In this document: positions 27,582-38,033 of the stretch, in pieces | Layout: every line of letters begins with the position of its first letter | Numbering within the stretch: the first letter of the stretch is position 1 | From: a virus | Taxonomy: Duplodnaviria; Heunggongvirae; Uroviricota; Caudoviricetes | Direction: 5' to 3' (one strand) | Virus record (IMG/VR): IMGVR_UViG_2681813305_000007 | DNA length: 64,000 nt | Translations under genes and position numbers: made by a program | The notes under the pieces: model-generated | What the model saw: the letters and a program-made list of their open reading frames with translations, nothing else | What the model was told of the DNA's origin: nothing | Databases searched by the model: none

Positions 27582-30563
27582 TCAAATAAACGCATTTGCA
27601 GGGAGGTTAGGCGCTTTGGCGCTATCACCGATCATCTCATTTCCAGAACCGCGTAAGGTTCCAGTATAGGTTGCGCCGTTCGTCGGATTCAGCCACGAAC
27701 AGCCAGTAACCAGTGTTTTATCTGCTGCAAAATAGACCACGCCTGACGCATCAGGTATCAGCTCAATATCAGCACCGGTGACCCGGCAGCGGTTGCCATT
27801 GCCGTTGGTGTAGACCCGCGCCAGCTTGCCGCCATGAATATCGACAACAGCTTTTGCGCCAGGAGTATGGATAATTGCCGGGATGCAATTATCCAGGGTA
27901 ATCCGCGGTATCCAGCTGTAATCACTGTTCAGGTAATCAGCGGTCCAGTTTGCCGCGTCTCCCGGAATATCGACGGTCTGGGCTGCGGCCAGCTCGATGG
28001 ACGGATTGTTGATAACGCTGTGCAGGTTGCGCAGTGTGATCCGGGCGTTCGTCCCGTCGCTGCCCTTTTTGTTACGTGAGCCCACAGTGTTCTGATACAG
28101 GTCGGCAGGCAATTTGATGCCGCACATGACAGCGTTCTGTGTTGGCTGGACGTTAATAGCCGTCATTCCATCAACGGTGATATTGTCGGGTAGCAGCGTT
28201 TTACGTCCGGTTACCGCGTAGTCGGTAAACTGAGAACGTAAGGCCGTAACAGCGCAGAACTCAAAATTGTCATTCGGTCTTCCGGTCTGGATGCCGGCGA
28301 GATCAAACACTATATTGCGGATGGTGATGGTAGGCGGTAGTTTGCTGTCGATGCCCTGATCAAGAGAGTTGGCCGTATCGATAATTCTGACAAGGTCAAA
28401 TGACCGGGTCGTGTTGTACCATGCGGGTAGCCCTCTGTCCCACATCACCGTGACACCATCAATATTGAGAATGCCATCGCAGTCACTGGCATAGTCCTGC
28501 CTCATGCCGATGGCGTAGTTAAGGAAATACTCCACTGCATCGCCACTGGTGCGGGTGATATACAGACGAAGTTTCTCTATCGACCACTCATTACCTCCCT
28601 GCAGGTTAATTTGCCTGCCTTTCACAGTCAGATCTTTGAAGAAAACATCGTACCCGAAGCTGTGGAAATCAACGCGGTTAAACGTATTTCTGTTGCCGTA
28701 TAAACCCTTTATTCCGTGATGCCCCTGAAATCCCCAGCCATGCAGTCCGTAATAGTTATCGATATGCACGTTGCAGGTATCTCGAATGCAGATGACATAT
28801 GAGCCGTTCTCCGCCGGGTGACAGGTGGTTTCTCCGTATTCGCAAAAGACGTCAAAGACTTCGCGAGCAGAAATAACCACGCGGCTTTCGAGACTTGTTG
28901 AAGCTGTTTGCCACGACGTATGCACCAGATTTTTAATGCGCACCATCGGCCTGGAAACTTCGATATTCAGGAATCGACGACTGTCGCCCAGCTCAATAAA
29001 ATGCGGGCATTCAAATTCCAGAAAATCATCTTCTTTCGGGATAATCGCAGCGTAACCAATTGAGCCGGTCGGAATATCTTTCACAATCCGTTCCGTCAGC
29101 GCGCCATTTCTACCAATACGGGAGAATTCGCGGTATAAAACCCGGTCACGAGGGTTATCCCTGTTTCCGTTTCGGTAAATCTCCACTTCATTAGAAAGCG
29201 CATAGAACATCCCGCCGTAATAAGGATACAGTTTCGGATACGGCAGATAGTTAGAGCCTTTTTTCAGGTACTGAGAGTAACTGGTGTTGAACGTAGCCAG
29301 CTCAGCAGGAGTGAGTTCAATACGTTCTTTCCCCTTGATATTGAACATACGTTTTGGCTCAGGCGCTGTAGGATCAAGCAGTCGCAGTGGCCCCCAGCGG
29401 ATTTCGTTAACACCTGAGTCAGCGGAGGTAAAAATTATCGACCCTCCGAGTGACGTTTTTGTCCGAACCTCTGCTTCATGGTCAACTAATACCAGGAAGG
29501 CACCATCATTCTGACGAACCGGGATATTGAGCAGGTTCGCATAACGATGAGCATTCTGGATAGCGGCATCGGCAGCTTCAACACCAGACAGGTATGCTAT
29601 CGCGGATGAACGGTTGCCCATCGCCAGGGCGACCTGCACAGCAAGGAGCGTAGCACCTGGAACACGGGGGGCCATAAACATGTCATAGCTGACAAATTCC
29701 GCCTGGCGATACCAGCGGCGTCCCAGCACATCGACCAGTATCCCGCCCGGTATTTCCCCGGAGGTCGTATCATCCGGGTTGACCACGAACCTGCCGGCAA
29801 TATGCTGGCCGACGACGTCACGCACAGTTGCTGTTCCTGCGTAGTTGCGAATGGAATCGTAATCAGCCGCCGTATCGCCAGGCTCAATTGAACCACCGCC
29901 GCTACTACCATCACCAAAACCAACAATAGTACCGTCGGTTTTTTGCCCGCATAAAACCAGACCATTGCGGTAATAAATTATAAAAATCCACCCATCCGGG
30001 GGATTGTTATCTATTATACTGCCACCAAATTCAATACCAAAATTTGAAGAGTAAACCTTCTCAAATTCATCGGCATACAATCTCCCATTCTTATAACCTA
30101 AAGGAGAAAGGCCATTTTTGAAAACAACAGAAAACGGGTTTACACCAAGGTTGTCTATTAAACCTCTTAATAATTCTACAGCCTGATTAGATGGCATTTT
30201 CCGCCCGGTAGGCTGCAGCGTGCCGGCGTTATTGATTACCTCAATGGCCAGCGCGCTATCGTCAGGGCTGCGATAATAAGTAGTGCTCCCTTCTGGAATG
30301 TTCGCTATATCAGCCTGAGCTGCCGCAAGGGTCATGTACTGGCGGCTTAGAGGGATCAGGTTTTGTCTGGTCTCTTCGACAACCTTGTCCCCTTCAGCCT
30401 TCATTCCATCTACGGTGTAGTGCTCACCTCCCAGGCGATCGGTGTATTTCAGTTCGGTGCTGGTAACAACCTTATCCAGCATGGCGCCAGCATAAACTGC
30501 GTCCCGGATATCAGTGCTGGGTACCTGATTGTCTGTTGGAGTTGGTAACGGTACTTCTGCCAT
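27582..30563 (-). CDS. Tailspike / tail fiber with predicted beta-helix polysaccharide depolymerase domain
   Basis: 993 aa with a conserved N-terminal anchor domain, then long Asn/Gly/Thr/Asp-rich repeats typical of pectate-lyase-like beta-helices, in the last position of the tail module. Confidence 0.7.
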   Translation of the reverse strand: MAEVPLPTPTDNQVPSTDIRDAVYAGAMLDKVVTSTELKYTDRLGGEHYTVDGMKAEGDKVVEETRQNLIPLSRQYMTLAAAQADIANIPEGSTTYYRSPDDSALAIEVINNAGTLQPTGRKMPSNQAVELLRGLIDNLGVNPFSVVFKNGLSPLGYKNGRLYADEFEKVYSSNFGIEFGGSIIDNNPPDGWIFIIYYRNGLVLCGQKTDGTIVGFGDGSSGGGSIEPGDTAADYDSIRNYAGTATVRDVVGQHIAGRFVVNPDDTTSGEIPGGILVDVLGRRWYRQAEFVSYDMFMAPRVPGATLLAVQVALAMGNRSSAIAYLSGVEAADAAIQNAHRYANLLNIPVRQNDGAFLVLVDHEAEVRTKTSLGGSIIFTSADSGVNEIRWGPLRLLDPTAPEPKRMFNIKGKERIELTPAELATFNTSYSQYLKKGSNYLPYPKLYPYYGGMFYALSNEVEIYRNGNRDNPRDRVLYREFSRIGRNGALTERIVKDIPTGSIGYAAIIPKEDDFLEFECPHFIELGDSRRFLNIEVSRPMVRIKNLVHTSWQTASTSLESRVVISAREVFDVFCEYGETTCHPAENGSYVICIRDTCNVHIDNYYGLHGWGFQGHHGIKGLYGNRNTFNRVDFHSFGYDVFFKDLTVKGRQINLQGGNEWSIEKLRLYITRTSGDAVEYFLNYAIGMRQDYASDCDGILNIDGVTVMWDRGLPAWYNTTRSFDLVRIIDTANSLDQGIDSKLPPTITIRNIVFDLAGIQTGRPNDNFEFCAVTALRSQFTDYAVTGRKTLLPDNITVDGMTAINVQPTQNAVMCGIKLPADLYQNTVGSRNKKGSDGTNARITLRNLHSVINNPSIELAAAQTVDIPGDAANWTADYLNSDYSWIPRITLDNCIPAIIHTPGAKAVVDIHGGKLARVYTNGNGNRCRVTGADIELIPDASGVVYFAADKTLVTGCSWLNPTNGATYTGTLRGSGNEMIGDSAKAPNLPANAFI

Positions 30564-30649
30564 TGTGCATGTCGCCCTATAAAAGGCGCACGAAGCCCTC
30601 AGAAGTGAATCTGATGGTGTGCGCGAAGGTTGGTAATTACTGCTGTGTG

Positions 30650-33127
30650 TTACGGATAAATCGAGTCTGAATATTCAGTGAGTGAGAGGGTTTGAGTATC
30701 GTCACCGTTGGGTTTGGCGCTATCGACGCGCCAGATTGTGGAGTTCAGTTCCGAGTCGGTAGCGATGAAATACCGGCTGGGGTTTTGCACCGTGCTGCGG
30801 TCATAAATGTTCAGATCGAAGGTATCGGCTGCAGCCTGGAATGCTTTGGGCTTGCCACTTACCGGATAAGCTCGCCAGCGCCCGCGGTAATTGCCGAGAC
30901 TGTCAGTCATCACCACCCACATATCGCCGAGAGAAAAGTCGATACGCTCTGACGTCGAGAACACATCCCCGGAGCGCCCGGTGATGTATCCAGTCTGCTG
31001 CGCGTTGTCGTACATGTCCGGACACTGAACCACCGTACCGCGCACCACCTGCGTCGACTCCAGCACCTTCACCGTCATAGTGAGGCGTGAGTAGAGGATT
31101 TTCCTCGCCTCAAGCCAGGCCCGATCAGTCGCCTGAGTGGAGTTACGGCAGCCGTCCAGGCTGATCTGCATCGCGTTAACGGTAGCGTCCTCAACCTCGG
31201 TGATGCCGCTGCTGTCGATCTGCAGGTAGATATACGCCTTCTTGTTCGTCAGAGGGTCAACGTAGTCCAGCGCCACGCCGTCATAACCACCGGGTAGAGA
31301 CATTTGCCAGGCGACCTTGTACTCGTCCCAGAACATGTTTGAGCGCGCAAAAACCGCATCCGGATTTGTCACTTTCTCATCACGCCAGAATGTCAGCACA
31401 TCACCAATGTTATTACCGTCAACTCGGGCCACATTGGCGATCGTCGCTATGCGCTCACCAAGAGGCTGTTTCTCATCCGAGAAGGTGTAATCGAAATACC
31501 CAAGCTGAGCATCCGGCAGCGAATCGGCAATGGCATAAAGAGCCGCGACGTCAATACTGGCCACATCCTGCTTACCCACAACTACCCACTCATGCAGGAT
31601 AGCGTCAGCAAACGAACGACTCGGCCGCAGTGTGTAATCGACCCCGCCGGTTGTCCGGTCGTAGCTGATGGTATGCCGCTGCGCCAGCATGTTGTACTTC
31701 TGCTCGCGGTTGCTGTTGCTGTCATTCGAGCCTTTAATCGTGATGCGGGCAATCGTGTCTTCCGGATACACGACGTTTTCGCGCACGTTCACCGCGTGGA
31801 TCGCCATCAGAGTCACTACGTTGGCGTCATTGCTGTTGTCGAGACGTTCGATGGTCACCGCATAGCGCCCTGCCCCGGCTGCCGGAACGAACTTATGTGT
31901 TGTGCGGAAATACCGGGTCGTCACCTGGAAGTCGTTATCGAAGAAATAATCGTGCTGCTCGGATGTACCCGGCACCTGATTGTTGTCGTCATCGACCTGC
32001 CAAAACTTGATCCGGTATTGCGTTGTGCCGGCCGTCGCGCCGAGCTGAACCAGCACATGCACCCAGACCTGAGTGGAGACGATCGGCGACACTGACGGTC
32101 CGATAACCAGAGGGGTCTGGTCATTCAGCGTGAACAGCGTCGGGTTGATGACTGCATTGCCCGGCAGAGACGTAATTTCTCCCGACAGTTCGCCGATATA
32201 GAACGTCGTGTACGACAGCGTGTCGTCGCCAATAAAGCTCTCTGAGGAGATGATATTCCCGGCGCCGGTGACATTCCGTGTGACGCTTGTCCCGCCTTCG
32301 CTCCAGGTAGCATTAATGACGAATGACACGGGATGAGGTACCGCCAGCGCGGCGAAGTATGCAAAGTTGTCATCGTTCGACAGCACAATGGCTTTGAGCT
32401 GATTACTCTCGATCGCCACCGATGTCGGCGCCGTCGTGGTCGCGGTCTGGGCCGGAAAGTCCTGGGATTCGTTTAACCCGGGGACAGTTTCGTTATCGAC
32501 GTCATCGAACTGATACCCCACCTCAATCGTGCCGATCACGTCACCCGGGTTATAAATCGCAGAACTGGCTCCCGCCAGGCTTCCGAGATTCGATTCCGAG
32601 TAGCGGATCGAGGAAATGGTGTACCGGCCGTAACCGACTTCAAACCACTCCGTGAGTTGCTTGTTATTGTCGACGAACTCGAACAGCGCCTCCTGAATCA
32701 GGTCAGGGAAGACGCGGCACTGGCCGTAAATGTTCGGGCGCCCCTTGTAGAGTCGCGCGCGGTTCGTCTGGCCGGTTAAGTCGTTGTTGGGTGATTCGCC
32801 TGTCGCCACCGATACCGACGCGCTGGGCTTATTTGACAGGCCGAACACCTTCAGCGCGCCGGAGAGAATTTTAGTGACCGGGCGCAGTATCGTGGTGATG
32901 AGTTTGCCAACCCCACCCTCTGGCTGGTCGAACACAGCCACCACGTCGCCAGATAGCAGTGGCCGGCTGATGTCGTAATCGTCCGGCAGCGCCCGGCCAT
33001 TCAGTTTCACGATAACATCGCGGTGCAGCTGCAGAGAATCCAGCAGGCTCACCAGTGTGGTGCCAGCATCTACCGTCCCCCGCTGCAGCGGCGCGCCAGG
33101 CAGCCTCTGTAACTCATATCGAACCAT
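30650..33127 (-). CDS. Tail tip / host-specificity protein (lambda I+J-like central fiber)
   Basis: 825 aa, downstream of the NlpC/P60 tail protein. The N-terminus (…VSLLDSLQLHRDVIVKLNGRALPDDYDI…VAVFD) resembles a ubiquitin-like lambda gpI-type domain. Confidence 0.6.
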   Translation of the reverse strand: MVRYELQRLPGAPLQRGTVDAGTTLVSLLDSLQLHRDVIVKLNGRALPDDYDISRPLLSGDVVAVFDQPEGGVGKLITTILRPVTKILSGALKVFGLSNKPSASVSVATGESPNNDLTGQTNRARLYKGRPNIYGQCRVFPDLIQEALFEFVDNNKQLTEWFEVGYGRYTISSIRYSESNLGSLAGASSAIYNPGDVIGTIEVGYQFDDVDNETVPGLNESQDFPAQTATTTAPTSVAIESNQLKAIVLSNDDNFAYFAALAVPHPVSFVINATWSEGGTSVTRNVTGAGNIISSESFIGDDTLSYTTFYIGELSGEITSLPGNAVINPTLFTLNDQTPLVIGPSVSPIVSTQVWVHVLVQLGATAGTTQYRIKFWQVDDDNNQVPGTSEQHDYFFDNDFQVTTRYFRTTHKFVPAAGAGRYAVTIERLDNSNDANVVTLMAIHAVNVRENVVYPEDTIARITIKGSNDSNSNREQKYNMLAQRHTISYDRTTGGVDYTLRPSRSFADAILHEWVVVGKQDVASIDVAALYAIADSLPDAQLGYFDYTFSDEKQPLGERIATIANVARVDGNNIGDVLTFWRDEKVTNPDAVFARSNMFWDEYKVAWQMSLPGGYDGVALDYVDPLTNKKAYIYLQIDSSGITEVEDATVNAMQISLDGCRNSTQATDRAWLEARKILYSRLTMTVKVLESTQVVRGTVVQCPDMYDNAQQTGYITGRSGDVFSTSERIDFSLGDMWVVMTDSLGNYRGRWRAYPVSGKPKAFQAAADTFDLNIYDRSTVQNPSRYFIATDSELNSTIWRVDSAKPNGDDTQTLSLTEYSDSIYP

Positions 33128-33509
33128 GAATCATGTACTCCACGCGGCTGTAAACCTTCAGTAATGCCAGCGGGCTATCGCAGCGCACGAAACCAAATTC
33201 CCCGCGGGCATGCAGGCACTTAACCGGGCTGATCATCACACCGATATGCGCCGGCACTTCGCCGCGGTAAAAAACGGCGATGCAGCCGGTTGCCGCCACC
33301 GGCACTCGCCGCCAGTGGGTGCGCTCCTGTTCGTAGCAGGTGATGAACTCTGCGCCAGATTCGTACCCGGCTATATGGTGCAGTTCCAGTCCGAGCACAT
33401 GCCGGTAATACAGAACCACCAGGCCCCAGCAATCCATCTGCTCAAAACTGCAGGCGCGGTTAGCCCAGGGCTTGCCGTTAACAAGCCCGATAAAGTCGCT
33501 CTGTGTCAT
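33114..33509 (-). CDS. NlpC/P60 (C40 peptidase) tail protein, lambda K-like
   Basis: It has a Cys-His motif (MDCWGLVVLYY … GEVPAHIGVMI … CLHA). Confidence 0.65.
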   Translation of the reverse strand: MTQSDFIGLVNGKPWANRACSFEQMDCWGLVVLYYRHVLGLELHHIAGYESGAEFITCYEQERTHWRRVPVAATGCIAVFYRGEVPAHIGVMISPVKCLHARGEFGFVRCDSPLALLKVYSRVEYMIHGSI

Positions 33510-33976
33510 ACGGTGATTAGCCCGGGATAGTCTTTCGTGGTGTAAATGATGGAGTTGGCCAGCGTCAGCGGATTGGTCTTGCCAGCGGTCACGGTGACGT
33601 TGCTGGCATCGGCTGAAATGTCGTTCACGTAAAGCGTCCAGTCTTTCAATGACGCCGTGTCACCGATCGCGTTCCACTGCTGATACAGGCATTTTATCGG
33701 CGTCATGCGCGCCGCCCCGCGCCAGCTTTTCAGTGTCTGCCGGACATGCTCCGTCGCGGCGACAAAAGTGATCGTCATGGATATGACCGCCGTTCCGTCC
33801 TGCGCCGGCTCGGTCACGCTGAACCGCGCAGGCTCGAACGAGTTGCCGCCAAACGTCGCCGGGCGAAACAGGTTATTGACCACCCGGTAATAACCAAACG
33901 CAGGGTGATAAAACTCCACCGTCTGTTTGATGTCGCTTGCTGGCCGCCGCTCCTTCCACTCTCTCAATGTCGGCAT
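33506..33976 (-). CDS. Minor tail protein (lambda L-position)
   Basis: 156 aa, coupled by overlaps on both sides. Confidence 0.45.
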   Translation of the reverse strand: MPTLREWKERRPASDIKQTVEFYHPAFGYYRVVNNLFRPATFGGNSFEPARFSVTEPAQDGTAVISMTITFVAATEHVRQTLKSWRGAARMTPIKCLYQQWNAIGDTASLKDWTLYVNDISADASNVTVTAGKTNPLTLANSIIYTTKDYPGLITV

Positions 33977-34467
33977 CAGTCAGCCCTCGGCATCACTTCG
34001 GTGATCAGGTAATCCAGCCAGTATCCATAGCCAGGCTGGGCCTCAACAATCCAGTCGTCATAGTCCTCGGTAATGTCCTCGATACCGTTGCTGATGACCG
34101 TTGCGGTCCAGGTGACGACGTTGCCGTTTTTGCTGGTCTGCACCGGCATATCGACGAAATGCAGCGTCTGCTGCTGAACGCCCTGCGTATCACCCAGGTC
34201 GATCGGCATCTGGAACCAGTTGCGCCCGCGGTCGCAGTATGTCGGCGAGCGCAGCCACGACTTAAACCGCTCGGCCTGGGCAAGCGTGAATATCCACTGC
34301 AGCGTCCATGTCGCCTTAAGGTCTGTGGTGATCGGCGTGATTATCAATGGACCGACTGCCGTCTGCGTCGTCTGCCAGGCTGTATCCTGCGTCATGTTCT
34401 GATCGGCGCGCTGGGGAAGCGGCAGGAACGGAGGGTATTGAACTGTTGCCACGTTTCCTCCGGGCAT
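33976..34467 (-). CDS. Minor/distal tail protein (lambda M-position)
   Basis: 163 aa, the first gene after the tape measure. Confidence 0.45.
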   Translation of the reverse strand: MPGGNVATVQYPPFLPLPQRADQNMTQDTAWQTTQTAVGPLIITPITTDLKATWTLQWIFTLAQAERFKSWLRSPTYCDRGRNWFQMPIDLGDTQGVQQQTLHFVDMPVQTSKNGNVVTWTATVISNGIEDITEDYDDWIVEAQPGYGYWLDYLITEVMPRAD

Positions 34468-34494
34468 AAAAAAAACCGCCGAAGCGGGTTGGGT

Positions 34495-37400
34495 TTAGTA
34501 AGCACCTTGCGCTTTGCGGCTTAGTCCAAATGTCTGCTGCATCTGAGAGGATACGGGGCCGCCTCTTTCCATGTCGGTGATCAGCAAGTCCACCACCGCA
34601 CTACCGTCCTGCATGTAGCCGTTGGCACTCTGTACGGTGGCACCGGTAGACTGGTTGATGACGTTCACCTGCACGCTAATCCCTCCTCCTGACTGCATAT
34701 CCTTATTGCTGATGACCTTCCCGTTATCACCGGGGATCATGTACTGCTTGCCGGTGCTGGCCTGGTAAATCTCTGGCTTACCTTTCTCGCCGACCTGATA
34801 CAGTCCGCCGGCTGATACCGGGCCGCCGTTGTAGCGAGCGCCGGCTATTGAAAGGGCCTGCGCCATGCCAACTGTTGAAGCTATTCCTGCCTGAGCGGGG
34901 ATAGCGTTAGCGCCAGCCGTGGCAAGGGAGGTCATTGCAGCAGCCGGAGCCATGGATGCGGCTATTAGTTGCCCTTGCGCAATAGCCATTCCAGAAGCGG
35001 CGGTCATTCCAGCCTGCCCCATAATTACAGACTTCAACCACTCAACTCCCATCTGGACAAAGGAGTTGATGACGCTGTTAAGTACCGTCGAGCCTAGCGA
35101 CCGCATAGCTTCGCTGACAGACATGCTGCCAGTGATTATGCCAGTGAGGGCGTTGGAGGCGTTTCCAGCAAATGAATCAAACGCCGCGGCAGCTACCTCA
35201 TATCCTGCGTTTTGTTGCCTCCATATCTCCCACTGCGCCGCTATGCGCTGTTGTTCGTACTGAGTGTTAGCGGCATTCATCAGTTCAAGACCGCGCTGGG
35301 TTATCTGCCCCTTCTGCGTTTCGAACTGCTGGATGAGAGCCAACTCCTGAGCGTGCTGGTTAGCAAGCCGCTGAACTGGATCAATCTCTCCCTGAGCTTG
35401 TTGCTGAGGAGTTACTACTTGCCCAGCCCGAATTTTTGCCAGATTAACTTGGTGCTGTTGCTCAAGCTGCTCGCTAGCCTGATTGTATTGCTGCTGAGAG
35501 ATGATCAGATTGCCTTGCGCATCTTTAGCATCCTTGAGGGTTTCAAGTTGCGATTTCTGTGCATTGTAGTCTGCATTTTCTTTAAGCTCAGGAACGGCAT
35601 TGCGCGCCTTAATTGCTGCCGCCGTATCCCAAACAGCAGCCGCGTAATTTCTAGCCTGCTGAACCTGATCGGCTGATGCGGATTTACCGAGTGACTGCTC
35701 GGCCCTTAGCATCGCCTGCTCCCGGCTTAACTCCTGCGTTGAGCCAGCAGCGAGTTCTGATTGCTGGCGCAGATTTTCAAGTTTTTGGTTTACCGATTCC
35801 TGCTGGTTAGCAAGTTTCTTAGCCTCAGACGCCGCAGCATTATCTTCCTTCTTTTGATCCTTTCTTGCCTGAGTGTTTCTCTCTGTTGCAGCATAATTAT
35901 CCTGAAGCCTTTTGATTGCTCGCTCATCTGTAACGCCTGCATCCTCAGCATCATAGGCCGCCTGCTGCCTGGCTTTTGCTTCCCCCTCCAATTTTGACAA
36001 GGCAAGTCGGCGCTCAGCCTGCTTAATTAACTTCTCGCCTTCTTTCCCGCCCCAGTTTATTTTCAGACTTTCTGAGTTGAAGGCTTTCAGGGCCTGCGTT
36101 GATTGGCCGAGTTTTTCAGCCAGGAATGCCTGGGTTCCACCGAGGAATGACGCTTGCTTTTCTGCTTCAGCGATAGCGATAGCGTTATCTCTGGCAGCCC
36201 TCATCTGATCAACAATGCCCTGATTAACTTGAATGTTAATTAGGTGTAATGCGTCTTCAGTTTGCTTAAGAGTGGCTGTCGCTCCATCCAGATCCCTGCG
36301 CTTTTTGGCCAACTCGTTTGCGGCATCCTTTGCCTTAATCACGAAACCATTATTTTGATCTTCGGTAACTCCGTATTGCCTTGCAAGCGTTGTATATTTC
36401 TCGTAATCGGATTGCAGACCTGAAATGGTATCTTTCAGATCGCTAATAGCTTCCTTTTGCGCCTCAATTGAGGTGACCGTATCAGCCCTAACGCCCTGAG
36501 CTTGAGCAAGATTCATGTCCTTGAGGCGCTTAATAACGTCAGGTACGGTGTCAGCAAAAGCTATTGCCTCTTTTCTGGCCTCGGCCTGTCGCTGTGAATA
36601 CAGATACCAGCCAGCGGCAACAATGGCTATTACGCCAATGGGTCCACCCAAAGGGGCGGTAACCGAATTCACTACCTTCATTGTGTTTGCAAAAGTTATA
36701 CCCGTAGCGGCCACTTTGGCTTGTGATGCCGCTAGTGCATTATTAGCCAATGCCGCTTCTGCGGATGTTGCAACGTAAATCCCTCTTAGTCGTATAACGT
36801 TCTCAAGCGCAAAGGCTTCAGCAGCAGAGCCTTTTGCTACGTTATACTCAGCAGTTGCCACATTTAGAGCGGAAAGAGCAGCATCTTTATCTGCCGCTGC
36901 TTTTCTGGCTGTCACTGATGCTGCTGCGGCTTCCTGTTGTGCCGATTGCCTTGTCGCAACTATTCCCTGAATGGTTGCTTTAACTCTTGAGGCTTGAGCG
37001 GCTGTTGCCATTGCTAACGCGCCAGCAAACCTACCGCCCATTATTGCAGCAGCGCCAATTAAGGCTGTCCCCAGCGTCTCAAGGTTTTCGCTTATTGTAA
37101 TAACAGAGTCTCGGAACCCTGCTGCGAATGATTTAACCGTCGAGTTTTCGCCAATGAACTTCGTTACGTTGTTACCGGCAACCTGCAATCCCTTGGCGAT
37201 TGAGACGGTGGTGTTGGCAAATTCTTTGCCGATTGCATCCCCTTGTGACAGAAGCCCTTTAACCACAACGTCTGTTGTCAGTTGCCCTTGAGCGGCCATA
37301 GCCCTTAACTGACCGATAGAAACACCCATCGAATCAGCCAGAGCGACCATGAGGCGGCTTCCTTGCTCTGACACTGAGTTAAACTCTTCGCCGCGCAGAA

Positions 37401-37941
37401 CGCCGGAAGCTATACCCTGTGATAGCTGAATGATTGCGTTCTCAGCTTCCTGAGCAGTTGCGCCGGATACCGCAAATCCCTGGTTGATAATGGTGGTAAG
37501 GCGGGTTAAATCTTCTGCGCTGGTGTTGTATGTTCTGGTTCCGCGCTCAAGCCGGGCGTAAAGAGTCGCCGTGCCGTTCAGGGATGACTGGGTTGCTTGT
37601 GAAACATCAAAGATCCGCTGCATAACTTCGGCCTGCGTCTCTCCAGTACGAACCGAGTTAGCGACTTTGTTATTCAGTTCAGTCCAGGCATCGGCGTAAC
37701 TCGCAACCTGTTGCACAGAAAGCGCGGCCAGCAAGCCTTTAGCAACGCCAGAAAGGCTGGACATTGTTCGTTCCATCGATCCAATAGAGCGCTCAGTGCG
37801 GTTAACGCTGGCTTCAAGGCGGCCCATGCTCCCATTAAGACCGTTCAGTGCCGCATCAACTTCTCTTCGCGCTGCCAGTAAACGCGAAGTATCCATGTCG
37901 ACTTCATAGACAACGCTGCCAGCATCAAAGGTTCCAGCCAT
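34495..37941 (-). CDS. Tail tape measure protein
   Basis: 1148 aa and highly Ala/Gln/Glu-rich with coiled-coil character, plus a C-terminal Gly/Met-rich region. A weak hairpin plus U-run lies at 34473-34495, just after its stop. Confidence 0.8.
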   Translation of the reverse strand: MAGTFDAGSVVYEVDMDTSRLLAARREVDAALNGLNGSMGRLEASVNRTERSIGSMERTMSSLSGVAKGLLAALSVQQVASYADAWTELNNKVANSVRTGETQAEVMQRIFDVSQATQSSLNGTATLYARLERGTRTYNTSAEDLTRLTTIINQGFAVSGATAQEAENAIIQLSQGIASGVLRGEEFNSVSEQGSRLMVALADSMGVSIGQLRAMAAQGQLTTDVVVKGLLSQGDAIGKEFANTTVSIAKGLQVAGNNVTKFIGENSTVKSFAAGFRDSVITISENLETLGTALIGAAAIMGGRFAGALAMATAAQASRVKATIQGIVATRQSAQQEAAAASVTARKAAADKDAALSALNVATAEYNVAKGSAAEAFALENVIRLRGIYVATSAEAALANNALAASQAKVAATGITFANTMKVVNSVTAPLGGPIGVIAIVAAGWYLYSQRQAEARKEAIAFADTVPDVIKRLKDMNLAQAQGVRADTVTSIEAQKEAISDLKDTISGLQSDYEKYTTLARQYGVTEDQNNGFVIKAKDAANELAKKRRDLDGATATLKQTEDALHLINIQVNQGIVDQMRAARDNAIAIAEAEKQASFLGGTQAFLAEKLGQSTQALKAFNSESLKINWGGKEGEKLIKQAERRLALSKLEGEAKARQQAAYDAEDAGVTDERAIKRLQDNYAATERNTQARKDQKKEDNAAASEAKKLANQQESVNQKLENLRQQSELAAGSTQELSREQAMLRAEQSLGKSASADQVQQARNYAAAVWDTAAAIKARNAVPELKENADYNAQKSQLETLKDAKDAQGNLIISQQQYNQASEQLEQQHQVNLAKIRAGQVVTPQQQAQGEIDPVQRLANQHAQELALIQQFETQKGQITQRGLELMNAANTQYEQQRIAAQWEIWRQQNAGYEVAAAAFDSFAGNASNALTGIITGSMSVSEAMRSLGSTVLNSVINSFVQMGVEWLKSVIMGQAGMTAASGMAIAQGQLIAASMAPAAAMTSLATAGANAIPAQAGIASTVGMAQALSIAGARYNGGPVSAGGLYQVGEKGKPEIYQASTGKQYMIPGDNGKVISNKDMQSGGGISVQVNVINQSTGATVQSANGYMQDGSAVVDLLITDMERGGPVSSQMQQTFGLSRKAQGAY

Positions 37942-37965
37942 TTACTTTTCTCCGGGCGATAAAAA

Positions 37966-37990
37966 ACCCGCCTGAGCGGGTTATATATGT
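37966..37990 (-). terminator. Hairpin terminator (AACCCGC-CUGA/UCAG-GCGGGUU plus U-run) between the secreted-protein moron and the tape measure gene
   Basis: A perfect 7-bp GC-rich stem with a T-run on the minus strand. Confidence 0.5.
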
Positions 37991-38033
37991 GATTAGTTAT
38001 TTCACTTGCTGATCATGGATAGCACGGCAGAAA

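Noticed and set aside
33937-34524. 195-aa plus-strand ORF and other plus-strand ORFs in 30.6-34.5 kb
   Set aside because: Antisense to the contiguous tail-tip gene run; Arg/Pro-rich translations typical of shadow frames.
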